Made by a program: the position numbers and the translations under genes. From NCBI RefSeq assembly GCF_056712565.1, contig NZ_CM160072.1: a stretch of DNA of 64,000 nt, one strand, 5' to 3'. Positions 35,809 to 46,879 of this stretch are shown piece after piece. Below the pieces are notes generated by a model that searched no databases, was not told the origin of the DNA, and worked only from the letters and a program-made list of their open reading frames with translations. Position 1 is the first letter of the stretch; the number at the start of each line of letters is the position of its first letter.

Positions 35809-36678
35809 ATGCGGACTCTGCAGGGCTGGTTGTTGCCGGTGTTTATGTTGCCTATGGCAGTATATGCACAAGAGGCAACGGTGAAAGAGGTGCATGACGC
35901 GCCAGCGGTGCGTGGCAGTATTATCGCCAATATGCTGCAGGAGCATGACAATCCGTTCACCCTTTATCCTTATGACACCAACTACATCATCTACACCCAA
36001 ACCAGCGATCTGAATAAAGAAGCGATTGCCAGTTACGACTGGGCGGAAAACGCGCGTAAGGATGAAGTAAAGTTCCAGTTGAGCCTGGCGTTTCCGCTGT
36101 GGCGTGGGATTTTGGGGCCAAACTCTGTACTGGGCGCCTCCTACACACAGAAATCCTGGTGGCAGCTTTCTAATAGCGATGAGTCATCACCGTTTCGTGA
36201 AACTAACTACGAACCGCAATTGTTCCTCGGTTTTGCCACGGATTACAACTTTGCTGGCTGGACGCTGCGCGATGTGGAAATGGGCTACAACCACGACTCA
36301 AACGGGCGTTCAGACCCGACTTCCCGCAGCTGGAACCGCCTTTATACCCGCCTGATGGCAGAAAACGGTAACTGGCTGGTAGAGGTGAAGCCGTGGTATG
36401 TGGTGGGGAATACGGACGATAACCCGGACATCACCAAATATATGGGTTACTACCAGCTTAAAATCGGCTATCACCTCGGTGATGCGGTACTGAGCGCGAA
36501 AGGGCAGTACAACTGGAACACCGGTTACGGCGGCGCGGAGTTAGGCTTAAGCTACCCGATCACCAAACATGTGCGCCTTTATACTCAGGTTTACAGCGGT
36601 TACGGCGAATCGCTCATCGACTATAACTTCAACCAGACCCGCGTTGGTGTGGGAGTTATGCTAAACGACCTGTTTTGA
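35809..36678 (+). CDS. pldA: outer membrane phospholipase A
   Basis: 289 aa with signal peptide; OMPLA sequence. Confidence 0.9.
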   Translation: MRTLQGWLLPVFMLPMAVYAQEATVKEVHDAPAVRGSIIANMLQEHDNPFTLYPYDTNYIIYTQTSDLNKEAIASYDWAENARKDEVKFQLSLAFPLWRGILGPNSVLGASYTQKSWWQLSNSDESSPFRETNYEPQLFLGFATDYNFAGWTLRDVEMGYNHDSNGRSDPTSRSWNRLYTRLMAENGNWLVEVKPWYVVGNTDDNPDITKYMGYYQLKIGYHLGDAVLSAKGQYNWNTGYGGAELGLSYPITKHVRLYTQVYSGYGESLIDYNFNQTRVGVGVMLNDLF

Positions 36679-36753
36679 TGAATGGTTGGCAAATCTGGAA
36701 TCCAGCATCCAGGATTACCCTCTCAGAGACTAAAAGCATTGCAGTTTCTCGCG

Positions 36754-36783
36754 CAGGCGCTGAAAATAGCGCCTGTTTTTATT
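36754..36783 (+). terminator. rho-independent terminator after pldA
   Basis: caggcgct-gaaaat-agcgcctg hairpin followed by tttttatt. Confidence 0.6.
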
Positions 36784-36802
36784 TCAGGCAATCGGGGTGA
36801 AT

Positions 36803-38632
36803 GTGGCGCAGGCGGAAGTGTTGAATCTGGAGTCCGGAGCTAAACAGGTTTTACAAGAAACCTTTGGCTACCAACAGTTTCGCCCCGGCCAGGAAGAGAT
36901 TATCGACACCGTACTTTCCGGTCGCGATTGCCTGGTCGTCATGCCCACTGGTGGCGGAAAATCCCTTTGCTATCAAATCCCTGCCTTATTGCTAAACGGC
37001 CTTACCGTGGTTGTTTCACCGCTGATTTCCTTGATGAAAGATCAGGTGGATCAACTGCAAGCCAACGGCGTGGCGGCGGCGTGCCTTAACTCGACGCAAA
37101 CCCGCGAGCAGCAACTTGAAGTTATGACAGGCTGTCGCACCGGGCAAATCCGCCTGCTTTATATCGCGCCGGAACGCCTGATGCTGGATAACTTTCTTGA
37201 GCATCTGGCGCACTGGAATCCGGTGTTATTAGCCGTTGATGAAGCGCACTGTATCTCCCAATGGGGCCACGATTTCCGCCCGGAATACGCTGCCCTCGGT
37301 CAGCTGCGTCAGCGTTTTCCGACGCTGCCGTTTATGGCGCTGACTGCCACCGCCGACGACACCACGCGCCAGGATATCGTGCGCCTGCTGGGGCTGAACG
37401 ATCCGCTAATTCAAATCAGCAGTTTTGACCGTCCGAATATTCGCTACATGCTGATGGAGAAATTCAAACCGCTCGATCAGTTGATGCGTTATGTACAGGA
37501 ACAACGCGGTAAGTCGGGGATTATTTACTGTAATAGTCGTGCGAAAGTAGAAGACACCGCTGCGCGCCTGCAAAGCAAGGGAATTAGCGCGGCGGCCTAT
37601 CATGCCGGGCTGGAAAATAATGTTCGCGCTGATGTGCAGGAAAAATTCCAGCGCGATGACCTGCAAATTGTGGTGGCGACGGTGGCGTTCGGCATGGGCA
37701 TCAACAAGCCTAACGTTCGCTTCGTGGTGCATTTTGATATTCCGCGCAATATCGAATCCTATTATCAGGAAACTGGACGCGCCGGGCGTGATGGCCTGCC
37801 CGCGGAAGCGATGCTGTTTTACGATCCGGCTGATATGGCGTGGCTGCGCCGTTGTCTGGAAGAGAAGCCGCAGGGGCAGTTGCAGGATATCGAACGTCAT
37901 AAACTCAATGCGATGGGCGCGTTTGCCGAAGCGCAAACTTGTCGTCGTTTGGTATTGCTGAACTATTTTGGCGAAGGGCGTCAGGAGCCGTGCGGGAACT
38001 GCGATATCTGCCTCGATCCGCCGAAACAGTACGACGGTTCAACCGATGCTCAGATTGCCCTTTCCACCATTGGTCGTGTGAATCAGCGGTTTGGGATGGG
38101 TTATGTGGTGGAAGTGATTCGCGGTGCTAATAACCAGCGTATCCGCGACTATGGTCATGACAAACTGAAAGTCTATGGCATGGGCCGTGATAAAAGCCAT
38201 GAACATTGGGTGAGCGTGATCCGCCAGCTGATTCACCTCGGCCTGGTGACGCAAAATATTGCCCAGCATTCTGCCCTACAACTGACAGAGGCTGCGCGTC
38301 CGGTGCTGCGCGGCGAATCCTCTTTGCAACTTGCCGTGCCGCGTATCGTGGCGCTCAAACCGAAAGCGATGCAGAAATCGTTCGGCGGCAACTATGATCG
38401 CAAACTGTTCGCCAAATTACGCAAACTGCGTAAATCGATTGCCGATGAAAGCAATGTCCCGCCGTACGTGGTGTTTAACGACGCAACCTTGATTGAGATG
38501 GCGGAGCAGATGCCGATCACCGCCAGCGAAATGCTCAGCGTTAACGGCGTTGGTATGCGCAAGCTGGAACGCTTTGGCAAACCGTTTATGGCGCTGATTC
38601 GTGCGCATGTCGATGGTGACGACGAAGAGTAG
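36803..38632 (+). CDS. recQ: ATP-dependent DNA helicase RecQ
   Basis: GTG start giving [12 protein letters not shown] (609 aa); helicase motifs, zinc-binding and HRDC regions. Confidence 0.9.
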
Positions 38633-38695
38633 TCAGCAGCATAAAAAAGTGCCAGGATGAAGACTCCGTAAACGTTTCCCCCGCGAGTCTAATGT

Positions 38696-39316
38696 ATGTT
38701 GATGTTATTCCTCACCGTCGCCATGGTGCACATTGTGGCGCTTATGAGCCCCGGTCCCGATTTCTTTTTTGTCTCTCAGACCGCTGTTAGTCGTTCCCGT
38801 AAAGAAGCGATGATGGGCGTGCTGGGCATTACCTGCGGCGTAATGGTTTGGGCTGGGATTGCGTTGCTTGGCCTACATTTGATTATCGAAAAAATGGCCT
38901 GGCTGCATACGCTGATTATGGTGGGCGGTGGCCTGTATCTCTGCTGGATGGGTTACCAGATGCTACGTGGTGCACTGAAAAAAGAGGTTGTTTCTGCCCC
39001 TGCGCCACAAGTCGAACTGGCGAAAAGCGGGCGCAGTTTTCTTAAGGGCTTACTGACCAATCTCGCGAACCCTAAAGCGATTATCTACTTTGGTTCGGTG
39101 TTCTCGCTGTTTGTCGGTGATAATGTCGGCACCACCGAACGCTGGGGCATTTTCGCGTTGATTATTGTCGAAACACTGGCGTGGTTTACCGTCGTTGCCA
39201 GCCTGTTTGCTCTGCCGCAAATGCGCCGTGGTTATCAACGTCTGGCGAAGTGGATTGATGGTTTTGCCGGGGCGTTATTTGCCGGATTTGGCATTCATTT
39301 GATTATTTCGCGTTAA
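38696..39316 (+). CDS. rhtC: threonine efflux protein (LysE family)
   Basis: 206 aa; synteny. Confidence 0.85.
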   Translation: MLMLFLTVAMVHIVALMSPGPDFFFVSQTAVSRSRKEAMMGVLGITCGVMVWAGIALLGLHLIIEKMAWLHTLIMVGGGLYLCWMGYQMLRGALKKEVVSAPAPQVELAKSGRSFLKGLLTNLANPKAIIYFGSVFSLFVGDNVGTTERWGIFALIIVETLAWFTVVASLFALPQMRRGYQRLAKWIDGFAGALFAGFGIHLIISR

Positions 39317-39339
39317 TGCCAGATGCGTCATCAGAGTAA

Positions 39340-39369
39340 GTCGGATAAGGCGTTTACGCCGCATCCGAC
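39340..39369. repeat. REP-like palindrome between rhtC and rhtB
   Basis: gtcggataaggcgtttacgccgcatccgac. Confidence 0.5.
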
Positions 39370-39376
39370 ATTATTT

Positions 39377-39997
39377 TCACGCATGCCTCGCCGATGCTAA
39401 CAGCGCTCCCACCAGCATAAATAACGAGCCGAAAATCTTATTCAGCGCCTTCATCTGCTTTGGTCCTTTAATCCATAGAGCAATCCGTTGAGCAAGGGTG
39501 GCGTAACCGATCATCACAATAATATCGACCACAATAGTGGTGACGCCGAGCACGATATACTGCATCAGTTGTGGCTGCTGCGGCATGATGAATTGCGGAA
39601 ATAGCGCCGCCAGAAACACAATACTTTTGGGATTGGTGAGATTCACAAAAACTGCGCGCTGGAACAAATGTCGACGCGATTGAGTGGAGGCCAGCGATTT
39701 AAGATCAATTGCGCCAGCGGCGCGCCATTGCTGTATTCCCAGCCAAATCAAGTAAGCTGCGCCTGCCCACTTCAACACTTCAAACGCAATCACTGAGCGG
39801 GAAAATAGCGTCCCCAACCCCACGCCAACCAGCACAATATGAATCGCCAGTCCGGTCTGAAGCCCAGCAATAGACGCCACCGCGCCGCGATAACCGTGGT
39901 TGAGCGAGGTGGTCATGGTGTTGATTGCGCCAGAGCCTGGCGACAGGCTTAAAATGATCGATGTCAGCAGGTAGGCAAACCACCATTCTAAGGTCAT
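39377..39997 (-). CDS. rhtB: homoserine/homoserine lactone efflux protein (LysE family)
   Basis: 206 aa; synteny. Confidence 0.85.
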
Positions 39998-40107
39998 GAT
40001 GAACTCCCGGTGTGTCTATTTTTGTGCCACAATACGCTACTGTCGCAGCGTTGTGTCAGGCACGCTTAAAAAAACGATTTTACGTGGTTTAAGAGGCAGA
40101 TTACCCG

Positions 40108-41130
40108 ATGTTTCAGCAGCAAAAAGACTGGGAAACAAGAGAAAACGCGTTTGCTGCTTTTACCATGGGACCGCTGACTGATTTCTGGCGTCAGCGTGAT
40201 GAAGCAGAGTTTACTGGTGTGGATGACATTCCGGTTCGCTTTGTCCGTTTTCGCGCACAGCACCATGACCGGGTGGTAGTCATCTGTCCGGGGCGTATTG
40301 AGAGCTACGTAAAATATGCGGAACTGGCCTACGACCTGTTCCATTTGGGGTTTGATGTTTTAATCATCGACCATCGCGGGCAGGGACGTTCCGGTCGCCT
40401 GTTAGGCGATCCACATCTCGGGCATGTTAATCGCTTTAATGATTATGTTGATGATCTGGCGGCATTCTGGCAACAGGAGGTTCAGCCCGGTCCGTGGCGT
40501 AAACGCTATATACTGGCACATTCGATGGGCGGTGCGATCTCCACATTATTTCTGCAACGCCATCCAGGTGTATGTGACGCCATTGCGCTAACTGCGCCAA
40601 TGTTTGGGATTGTGATTCGTATGCCGTCATTTATGGCACGGCAGATCCTCAATTGGGCCGAAGCGCATCCACGTTTCCGTGATGGCTATGCGATAGGCAC
40701 CGGGCGCTGGCGCGCGTTGCCGTTTGCTATCAACGTACTGACCCACAGCAGACAGCGATATCGACGTAACTTACGTTTCTATGCTGATGACCCAACGATT
40801 CGCGTCGGTGGGCCGACCTACCATTGGGTACGCGAAAGTATTCTGGCTGGCGAACAGGTGTTAGCCGGTGCGGGTGATGACGCCACGCCAACGCTTCTCT
40901 TACAAGCTGAAGAGGAACGCGTGGTGGATAACCGCATGCACGACCGTTTTTGTGAACTACGCACCGCTGCGGGCCATCCTGTCGAAGGAGGACGGCCGTT
41001 GGTAATTAAAGGTGCGTACCATGAGATCCTTTTTGAAAAGGACGCAATGCGCTCAGTCGCGCTCCACGCTATCGTTGATTTTTTCAACAGGCATAACTCA
41101 CCCAGCGGAAACCGCTCTACAGAGGTTTAA
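40108..41130 (+). CDS. pldB: lysophospholipase L2
   Basis: 340 aa; alpha/beta hydrolase with GHSMGG. Confidence 0.85.
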   Translation: MFQQQKDWETRENAFAAFTMGPLTDFWRQRDEAEFTGVDDIPVRFVRFRAQHHDRVVVICPGRIESYVKYAELAYDLFHLGFDVLIIDHRGQGRSGRLLGDPHLGHVNRFNDYVDDLAAFWQQEVQPGPWRKRYILAHSMGGAISTLFLQRHPGVCDAIALTAPMFGIVIRMPSFMARQILNWAEAHPRFRDGYAIGTGRWRALPFAINVLTHSRQRYRRNLRFYADDPTIRVGGPTYHWVRESILAGEQVLAGAGDDATPTLLLQAEEERVVDNRMHDRFCELRTAAGHPVEGGRPLVIKGAYHEILFEKDAMRSVALHAIVDFFNRHNSPSGNRSTEV

Positions 41131-41137
41131 ATTTCTT

Positions 41138-41938
41138 ATGTACCAGGTTGTTGCGTCTGATTTAGATGGCACGTTACTTTCTCCCGACCATACGTTATCC
41201 CCTTACGCCAAAGAAACTCTGAAGCTGCTCACCGCGCGCGGCATCAACTTTGTGTTTGCGACCGGTCGTCACCACGTTGATGTGGGGCAAATTCGCGATA
41301 ATCTGGAGATTAAGTCTTACATGATTACCTCCAATGGCGCGCGCGTTCACGACCTCGATGGCAACCTGATTTTTGCTCATAACCTGGATCGCGACATTGC
41401 CAGTGACCTGTTTGGCGTAGTCAACGACAATCCGGACATCATTACTAACGTTTATCGCGACGACGAATGGTTTATGAATCGCCATCGCCCGGAAGAGATG
41501 CGCTTTTTTAAAGAAGCGGTGTTCAAATATGCGCTGTATGAGCCGGGATTGCTGGAGCCGGAAGGCGTCAGCAAAGTGTTCTTCACCTGCGATTCCCATG
41601 AAAAACTTCTGCCACTGGAGCAAGCGATTAACGCTCGCTGGGGCGATCGCGTCAATGTCAGTTTCTCTACCTTAACCTGCCTGGAAGTCATGGCTGGCGG
41701 CGTTTCAAAAGGCCATGCGCTGGAAGCGGTGGCTAAGAAACTGGGCTACAGTCTGAAGGATTGTATTGCGTTTGGTGATGGGATGAACGACGCCGAAATG
41801 CTGTCGATGGCGGGGAAAGGCTGCATTATGGGCAGTGCGCACCAGCGTCTGAAAGATCTGCATCCAGAGCTGGAAGTGATTGGTACTAACGCCGAAGACG
41901 CAGTGCCGCATTATCTGCGTAAGCTCTATTTATCGTAA
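41138..41938 (+). CDS. yigL: HAD-family sugar phosphatase YigL
   Basis: Start at MYQVVASDLDGTLL (266 aa); Cof-type HAD motifs. Confidence 0.85.
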   Translation: MYQVVASDLDGTLLSPDHTLSPYAKETLKLLTARGINFVFATGRHHVDVGQIRDNLEIKSYMITSNGARVHDLDGNLIFAHNLDRDIASDLFGVVNDNPDIITNVYRDDEWFMNRHRPEEMRFFKEAVFKYALYEPGLLEPEGVSKVFFTCDSHEKLLPLEQAINARWGDRVNVSFSTLTCLEVMAGGVSKGHALEAVAKKLGYSLKDCIAFGDGMNDAEMLSMAGKGCIMGSAHQRLKDLHPELEVIGTNAEDAVPHYLRKLYLS

Positions 41939-42013
41939 TCGTTCTTTATTTGGTCAGTTGTCAACCTGATACTTCGCTACAATGGCTACTCGTTAATCAA
42001 AGAGTTTTCCATT

Positions 42014-42913
42014 GTGGCGCTACTTATCATCACCACGATTCTGTGGGCCTTCTCCTTTAGCTTTTATGGCGAGTACCTTGCGGGGCACGTCGATAGCTAT
42101 TTTGCGGTGCTGGTGCGCGTTGGCCTGGCGGCACTCGTTTTTCTGCCGTTTCTGCGTACCCGTGGCAATAGCCTGAAAACGGTCGGCCTGTATATGCTGG
42201 TGGGCGCGATGCAGCTCGGTGTGATGTATATGCTGAGTTTCCGCGCCTATCTCTACCTGACGGTCTCCGAACTGTTGCTGTTCACCGTACTGACGCCGCT
42301 CTACATCACGCTGATTTATGACATCATGAGTAAGCGCCGTCTGCGCTGGGGCTATGCCTTTAGCGCCTTGCTGGCGGTGATTGGTGCCGGGATTATTCGC
42401 TATGATCAGGTCACCGACCATTTCTGGACTGGCTTATTGCTGGTGCAACTCTCCAATATCACTTTTGCCATCGGCATGGTGGGTTACAAACGTCTGATGG
42501 AAACTCGCCCGATGCCGCAGCATAACGCCTTTGCGTGGTTCTATCTTGGCGCGTTCCTGGTGGCAGTGATTGCATGGTTCTTGCTGGGAAATGCGCAGAA
42601 AATGCCGCAAACCACGTTGCAATGGGGCATTCTGGTGTTTCTTGGTGTGGTGGCTTCCGGGATTGGCTACTTTATGTGGAACTACGGCGCGACGCAGGTG
42701 GACGCCGGAACGCTGGGCATTATGAATAATATGCACGTTCCGGCAGGGCTGCTGGTAAACCTGGCTATCTGGCACCAACAGCCGCACTGGCCAACGTTTA
42801 TTACAGGCGCGCTGGTGATCCTGGCCTCACTGTGGGTGCATCGTAAGTGGGTCGCTCCGCGCTCTTCACAAACGGCAGATGATCGCAGGCGTGATTGCGC
42901 GCTGAACGAATAA
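42014..42913 (+). CDS. yigM: EamA-family transporter YigM (biotin transporter BioP)
   Basis: 299 aa; GTG start; 3' end overlaps the convergent metR by about 113 bp. Confidence 0.75.
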   Translation: MALLIITTILWAFSFSFYGEYLAGHVDSYFAVLVRVGLAALVFLPFLRTRGNSLKTVGLYMLVGAMQLGVMYMLSFRAYLYLTVSELLLFTVLTPLYITLIYDIMSKRRLRWGYAFSALLAVIGAGIIRYDQVTDHFWTGLLLVQLSNITFAIGMVGYKRLMETRPMPQHNAFAWFYLGAFLVAVIAWFLLGNAQKMPQTTLQWGILVFLGVVASGIGYFMWNYGATQVDAGTLGIMNNMHVPAGLLVNLAIWHQQPHWPTFITGALVILASLWVHRKWVAPRSSQTADDRRRDCALNE

Positions 42914-43754
42914 ACGCTTCCGTAATCGGCTGACGCTGCTCGCCATCGCGCACGGCGGCGTACAGTCGGCTCCACAAGCCTTCGCCCAGGGTTTTGGTGA
43001 CCACCAGACCCTGGCGTTCAAAACTCTCCACCACCCAATGCGGTAGTGCGGCAATACCCATCCGTGCGGCAACCATCTGAATCAACAATAAGGTGTTATC
43101 GACGCTTTTCAGTGACGGGCTGACGCCTGCTGGCTGAAGAAAATGCCGCCAGACATCCAGTCGGCTACGCTGCACCGGATAAATCAACAGCGTTTCGCTG
43201 GCGAGGTCTTCCGGCGTGATTCGCGTTTTCGCCGCCAGTGGATGGTCAGGTGCTAACACCAGACGCACTTCATAGTCGAACATCGGCGAATAATGCAGGC
43301 CACTGCGCGGCAGAATATCGGAGGTCATCACCAGATCCAGCTCACCCTGCTGCAACGCGGGCTGCGGGTCAAACGTCACGCCCGATTTAAAATCCATCTC
43401 CACCTGCGGCCAGTTCTTATGGAAATTTTCTAACGCGGGCGTCAGCCACTGAATACAGCTATGGCACTCAATGGCAATGCGCAGGCGCGTCTGCTGCGGT
43501 TCATTGCAGGCTTGCAGTGCCTGGCTGATTTGCGGCAGCACCTGATTCGCCAGTTGCAACAGGATTTCTCCCTGCGGTGTAAACCGAAGCGGCTGGCTTT
43601 TACGCACAAATAGCCGGAAGCCAAGGCGTTGTTCCAGATCGCTAAACTGGTGAGACAGGGCGGATTGCGTTTGATGCAACGTCGCCGCAGCGGCTGCGAG
43701 TGAGCCGCAGTTCCGCAACGCTTGTAGCGTTTTCAGGTGTTTTACTTCGATCAT
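42801..43754 (-). CDS. metR: LysR-family regulator MetR
   Basis: 317 aa; N-terminal HTH; divergent from metE. Confidence 0.9.
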   Translation of the reverse strand: MIEVKHLKTLQALRNCGSLAAAAATLHQTQSALSHQFSDLEQRLGFRLFVRKSQPLRFTPQGEILLQLANQVLPQISQALQACNEPQQTRLRIAIECHSCIQWLTPALENFHKNWPQVEMDFKSGVTFDPQPALQQGELDLVMTSDILPRSGLHYSPMFDYEVRLVLAPDHPLAAKTRITPEDLASETLLIYPVQRSRLDVWRHFLQPAGVSPSLKSVDNTLLLIQMVAARMGIAALPHWVVESFERQGLVVTKTLGEGLWSRLYAAVRDGEQRQPITEAFIRSARNHACDHLPFVKSAERPTYDAPTVRPGSPARL

Positions 43755-43871
43755 GAAAGTCCTTCACTTCGGCATGAATAATTTGCGCTTGAGGAATATA
43801 CAGTAACCGCCAATTATGGATGTGTAAACATCTGGACGGCTAAATACTAAAAATTCCATAAGGGGCATATA
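43755..43871. promoter_or_regulatory. metR/metE divergent control region with putative MetJ boxes
   Basis: Tandem 8-bp units aaacatct-ggacggct near 43825..43840 resemble AGACGTCT met boxes. Confidence 0.45.
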
Positions 43872-46133
43872 ATGACAATTCTTAATCACACCCTCGGTTT
43901 CCCTCGCGTTGGCCTGCGTCGCGAGCTGAAAAAAGCGCAAGAGAGTTATTGGGCGGGGAACTCCACGCGTGAAGAACTGCTGGCGGTAGGGCGTGAATTG
44001 CGTGCTCGTCACTGGGATCAACAAAAGCAAGCGGGTATCGACCTGCTGCCGGTGGGCGATTTTGCCTGGTACGATCATGTACTGACCACCAGTCTGCTGC
44101 TGGGTAATGTTCCGCAACGTCATCAGAACAACGATGGTTCGGTAGATATCGACACCCTGTTCCGTATTGGTCGTGGACGTGCACCGACTGGCGAACCTGC
44201 GGCGGCAGCGGAAATGACCAAATGGTTTAACACCAACTATCACTACATGGTGCCGGAGTTCGTTAAAGGCCAACAGTTCAAACTGACCTGGACGCAGCTG
44301 CTGGAGGAAGTGGACGAGGCGCTGGCGCTGGGCCACAAGGTGAAACCTGTGCTGCTGGGGCCGATTACCTACCTGTGGCTGGGTAAAGTGAAAGGTGAAC
44401 AGTTTGATCGCCTGAGCCTGCTGAACGACATTCTGCCGGTTTATCAGCAAGTGCTGGCAGAACTGGCGAAACGCGGCATCGAGTGGGTACAGATTGATGA
44501 ACCCGCGTTGGTACTGGAACTGCCGCAGGCGTGGCTGAACGCATACAAACCCGCTTACGACGCGCTCCAGGGACAGGTGAAACTGCTGCTGACCACCTAT
44601 TTTGAAGGCGTAACGCCAAATCTCGACACGATTACTGCGCTGCCTGTTCAGGGTCTGCATGTCGATCTTGTACATGGTAAAGATGACGTTGCTGAACTGC
44701 ACAAGCGTCTGCCTTCTGACTGGCTGCTGTCTGCGGGTCTTATCAATGGTCGTAACGTCTGGCGCGCCGATCTTACCGAGAAATATGCGCAAATTAAGGA
44801 CATTGTCGGCAAACGCGATTTGTGGGTGGCATCTTCCTGCTCGTTGCTGCACAGCCCCATCGACCTGAGCGTGGAAACGCGTCTTGATGCAGAAGTGAAA
44901 AGCTGGTTTGCCTTCGCCCTGCAAAAATGTCATGAACTGGCATTGCTGCGCGATGCGCTAAACAGTGGTGATACGGCAGCTCTGGCAGAGTGGAGCGCTC
45001 CGATTCAGGCGCGTCGTCACTCTACTCGTGTACATAATCCGGCAGTAGAAAAGCGTCTGGCGGCGATCACCGCCCAGGACAGTCAGCGTGCGAATGTCTA
45101 TGAAGTGCGTGCTGAAGCCCAGCGTGCGCGTTTTAAACTGCCCGCATGGCCGACCACCACGATTGGTTCCTTCCCGCAAACCACGGAGATTCGTACCCTG
45201 CGTCTGGATTTTAAAAAGGGTAATCTCGACGCCAATAACTACCGCACGGGCATTGCGGAACATATCAAGCAGGCCATTGTTGAGCAGGAACGTTTGGGAC
45301 TGGATGTGCTGGTACATGGCGAGGCCGAGCGTAATGACATGGTGGAATACTTTGGCGAGCACCTCGACGGGTTTGTCTTTACGCAAAACGGTTGGGTACA
45401 GAGCTACGGTTCCCGCTGCGTGAAGCCACCGATTGTTATTGGTGACGTTAGTCGTCCGGCGCCGATTACCGTGGAGTGGGCAAAATATGCGCAATCCCTG
45501 ACTGATAAACCGGTGAAAGGGATGTTGACCGGCCCGGTGACTATTCTCTGCTGGTCGTTCCCGCGTGAAGATGTCAGCCGTGAAACCATCGCCAAACAAA
45601 TTGCGCTGGCGCTGCGTGATGAAGTCGCGGACCTGGAAGCCGCTGGAATTGGCATCATTCAGATTGACGAACCGGCATTGCGCGAAGGTTTACCACTGCG
45701 TCGCAGCGACTGGGATGCCTATCTCCAGTGGGGCGTGGAGGCTTTCCGTATCAACGCCGCCGTGGCGAAAGATGACACACAAATCCACACTCACATGTGT
45801 TACTGCGAGTTCAACGACATCATGGATTCGATTGCGGCGCTGGACGCAGACGTCATCACCATCGAAACCTCGCGTTCCGACATGGAGTTGCTGGAGTCGT
45901 TTGAAGAGTTTGATTATCCAAATGAAATCGGTCCTGGCGTCTATGACATTCACTCGCCAAACGTACCGAGCGTGGAATGGATTGAAGCCTTGCTGAAGAA
46001 AGCGGCAAAACGCATTCCGGCAGAGCGTCTGTGGGTCAACCCGGACTGTGGCCTGAAAACGCGCGGCTGGCCAGAAACCCGCGCGGCACTGGCGAACATG
46101 GTGCAGGCGGCGCAGAATTTGCGTCGGGGATGA
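43872..46133 (+). CDS. metE: cobalamin-independent methionine synthase
   Basis: 753 aa; [20 protein letters not shown]-terminus. Confidence 0.9.
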   Translation: MTILNHTLGFPRVGLRRELKKAQESYWAGNSTREELLAVGRELRARHWDQQKQAGIDLLPVGDFAWYDHVLTTSLLLGNVPQRHQNNDGSVDIDTLFRIGRGRAPTGEPAAAAEMTKWFNTNYHYMVPEFVKGQQFKLTWTQLLEEVDEALALGHKVKPVLLGPITYLWLGKVKGEQFDRLSLLNDILPVYQQVLAELAKRGIEWVQIDEPALVLELPQAWLNAYKPAYDALQGQVKLLLTTYFEGVTPNLDTITALPVQGLHVDLVHGKDDVAELHKRLPSDWLLSAGLINGRNVWRADLTEKYAQIKDIVGKRDLWVASSCSLLHSPIDLSVETRLDAEVKSWFAFALQKCHELALLRDALNSGDTAALAEWSAPIQARRHSTRVHNPAVEKRLAAITAQDSQRANVYEVRAEAQRARFKLPAWPTTTIGSFPQTTEIRTLRLDFKKGNLDANNYRTGIAEHIKQAIVEQERLGLDVLVHGEAERNDMVEYFGEHLDGFVFTQNGWVQSYGSRCVKPPIVIGDVSRPAPITVEWAKYAQSLTDKPVKGMLTGPVTILCWSFPREDVSRETIAKQIALALRDEVADLEAAGIGIIQIDEPALREGLPLRRSDWDAYLQWGVEAFRINAAVAKDDTQIHTHMCYCEFNDIMDSIAALDADVITIETSRSDMELLESFEEFDYPNEIGPGVYDIHSPNVPSVEWIEALLKKAAKRIPAERLWVNPDCGLKTRGWPETRAALANMVQAAQNLRRG

Positions 46134-46172
46134 TGAGTATTAACGAGTCATTGTAAATTGCAGTACGATAAT

Positions 46173-46199
46173 GGCTTCCAGTACTGGAAGCCATTTTGC
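46173..46199 (+). terminator. probable metE terminator
   Basis: Perfect 20-nt palindrome ggcttccagtactggaagcc followed by attttgc. Confidence 0.5.
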
Positions 46200-46301
46200 A
46201 TGAGTGCCAGATTGAAGCAGATCTTCAGGAGTAGAAATAACCGAATCGTTTTTTTCGCAAAACACAGTTTTGAGTGATTCCGTTCAGTAATCAACGCTAC
46301 G

Positions 46302-46562
46302 TTATTTATTCTCACGTTGCACGAGATTGTATCCCTTTTCACTAACGTGGTAGTGAGGCATAGACTTATGCCCGCTATCCTCAATAATAACCAAACCTTC
46401 GTTAGCTAATTTGTTAACAATATTAACAACATTACCGAATCCTGGTATTTGCCTTATGGATAGTGTGCGATCGAGATTCATCCAGTTCCAGTTTATATCT
46501 TTCTCAGTCATAACGTTCAGCACGTTAAGTTCATTTTTAGTGATCACGATATTCTGTACCAA
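46302..46562 (-). CDS. small protein, candidate orphan immunity protein (paralog 2)
   Basis: 86 aa; high identity to the adjacent 85 aa protein by eye; AT-rich. Confidence 0.5.
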   Translation of the reverse strand: MVQNIVITKNELNVLNVMTEKDINWNWMNLDRTLSIRQIPGFGNVVNIVNKLANEGLVIIEDSGHKSMPHYHVSEKGYNLVQRENK

Positions 46563-46621
46563 AATTGATGAGTATCTTATTGAAAGATCACAATGTAAAT
46601 CATGCTCCTGTAATGGCTGGA

Positions 46622-46879
46622 TCAGAAGAGGTTGTCTTGTTGTTCTTTGATAAGATTCAATCCATATTGAGAAACTCTGTAGCGTGGTTTAGAGTTGCCC
46701 TCACCATTTACGATATCAACCAACCCATGATTAACCAGCTTTGTTACGATATTCGCTACGTTGCCAAATTCTGGAATATTTCGTATAGCTAAAGTACGAT
46801 CCAGCACCATCCAGCTCCAGTCAATATCTTTCTCAGCCATAACTTTCAGCACGTTAAATTCAACTATCGTAATCGTCAT
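46622..46879 (-). CDS. small protein, candidate cognate immunity protein (paralog 1)
   Basis: 85 aa; start overlaps the stop of the upstream toxin-domain ORF by 4 nt. Confidence 0.5.
   Translation of the reverse strand: MTITIVEFNVLKVMAEKDIDWSWMVLDRTLAIRNIPEFGNVANIVTKLVNHGLVDIVNGEGNSKPRYRVSQYGLNLIKEQQDNLF

Noticed and set aside
43764-44933. 389 aa minus-strand ORF antisense to metE, plus similar long antisense ORFs (11470..12222 opposite aslA; 51099..52163 opposite the transketolase; 25811..26293 opposite xerC; 37406..37936 opposite recQ)
   Set aside because: All are shadow ORFs inside strongly supported genes on the other strand, with no independent coding evidence
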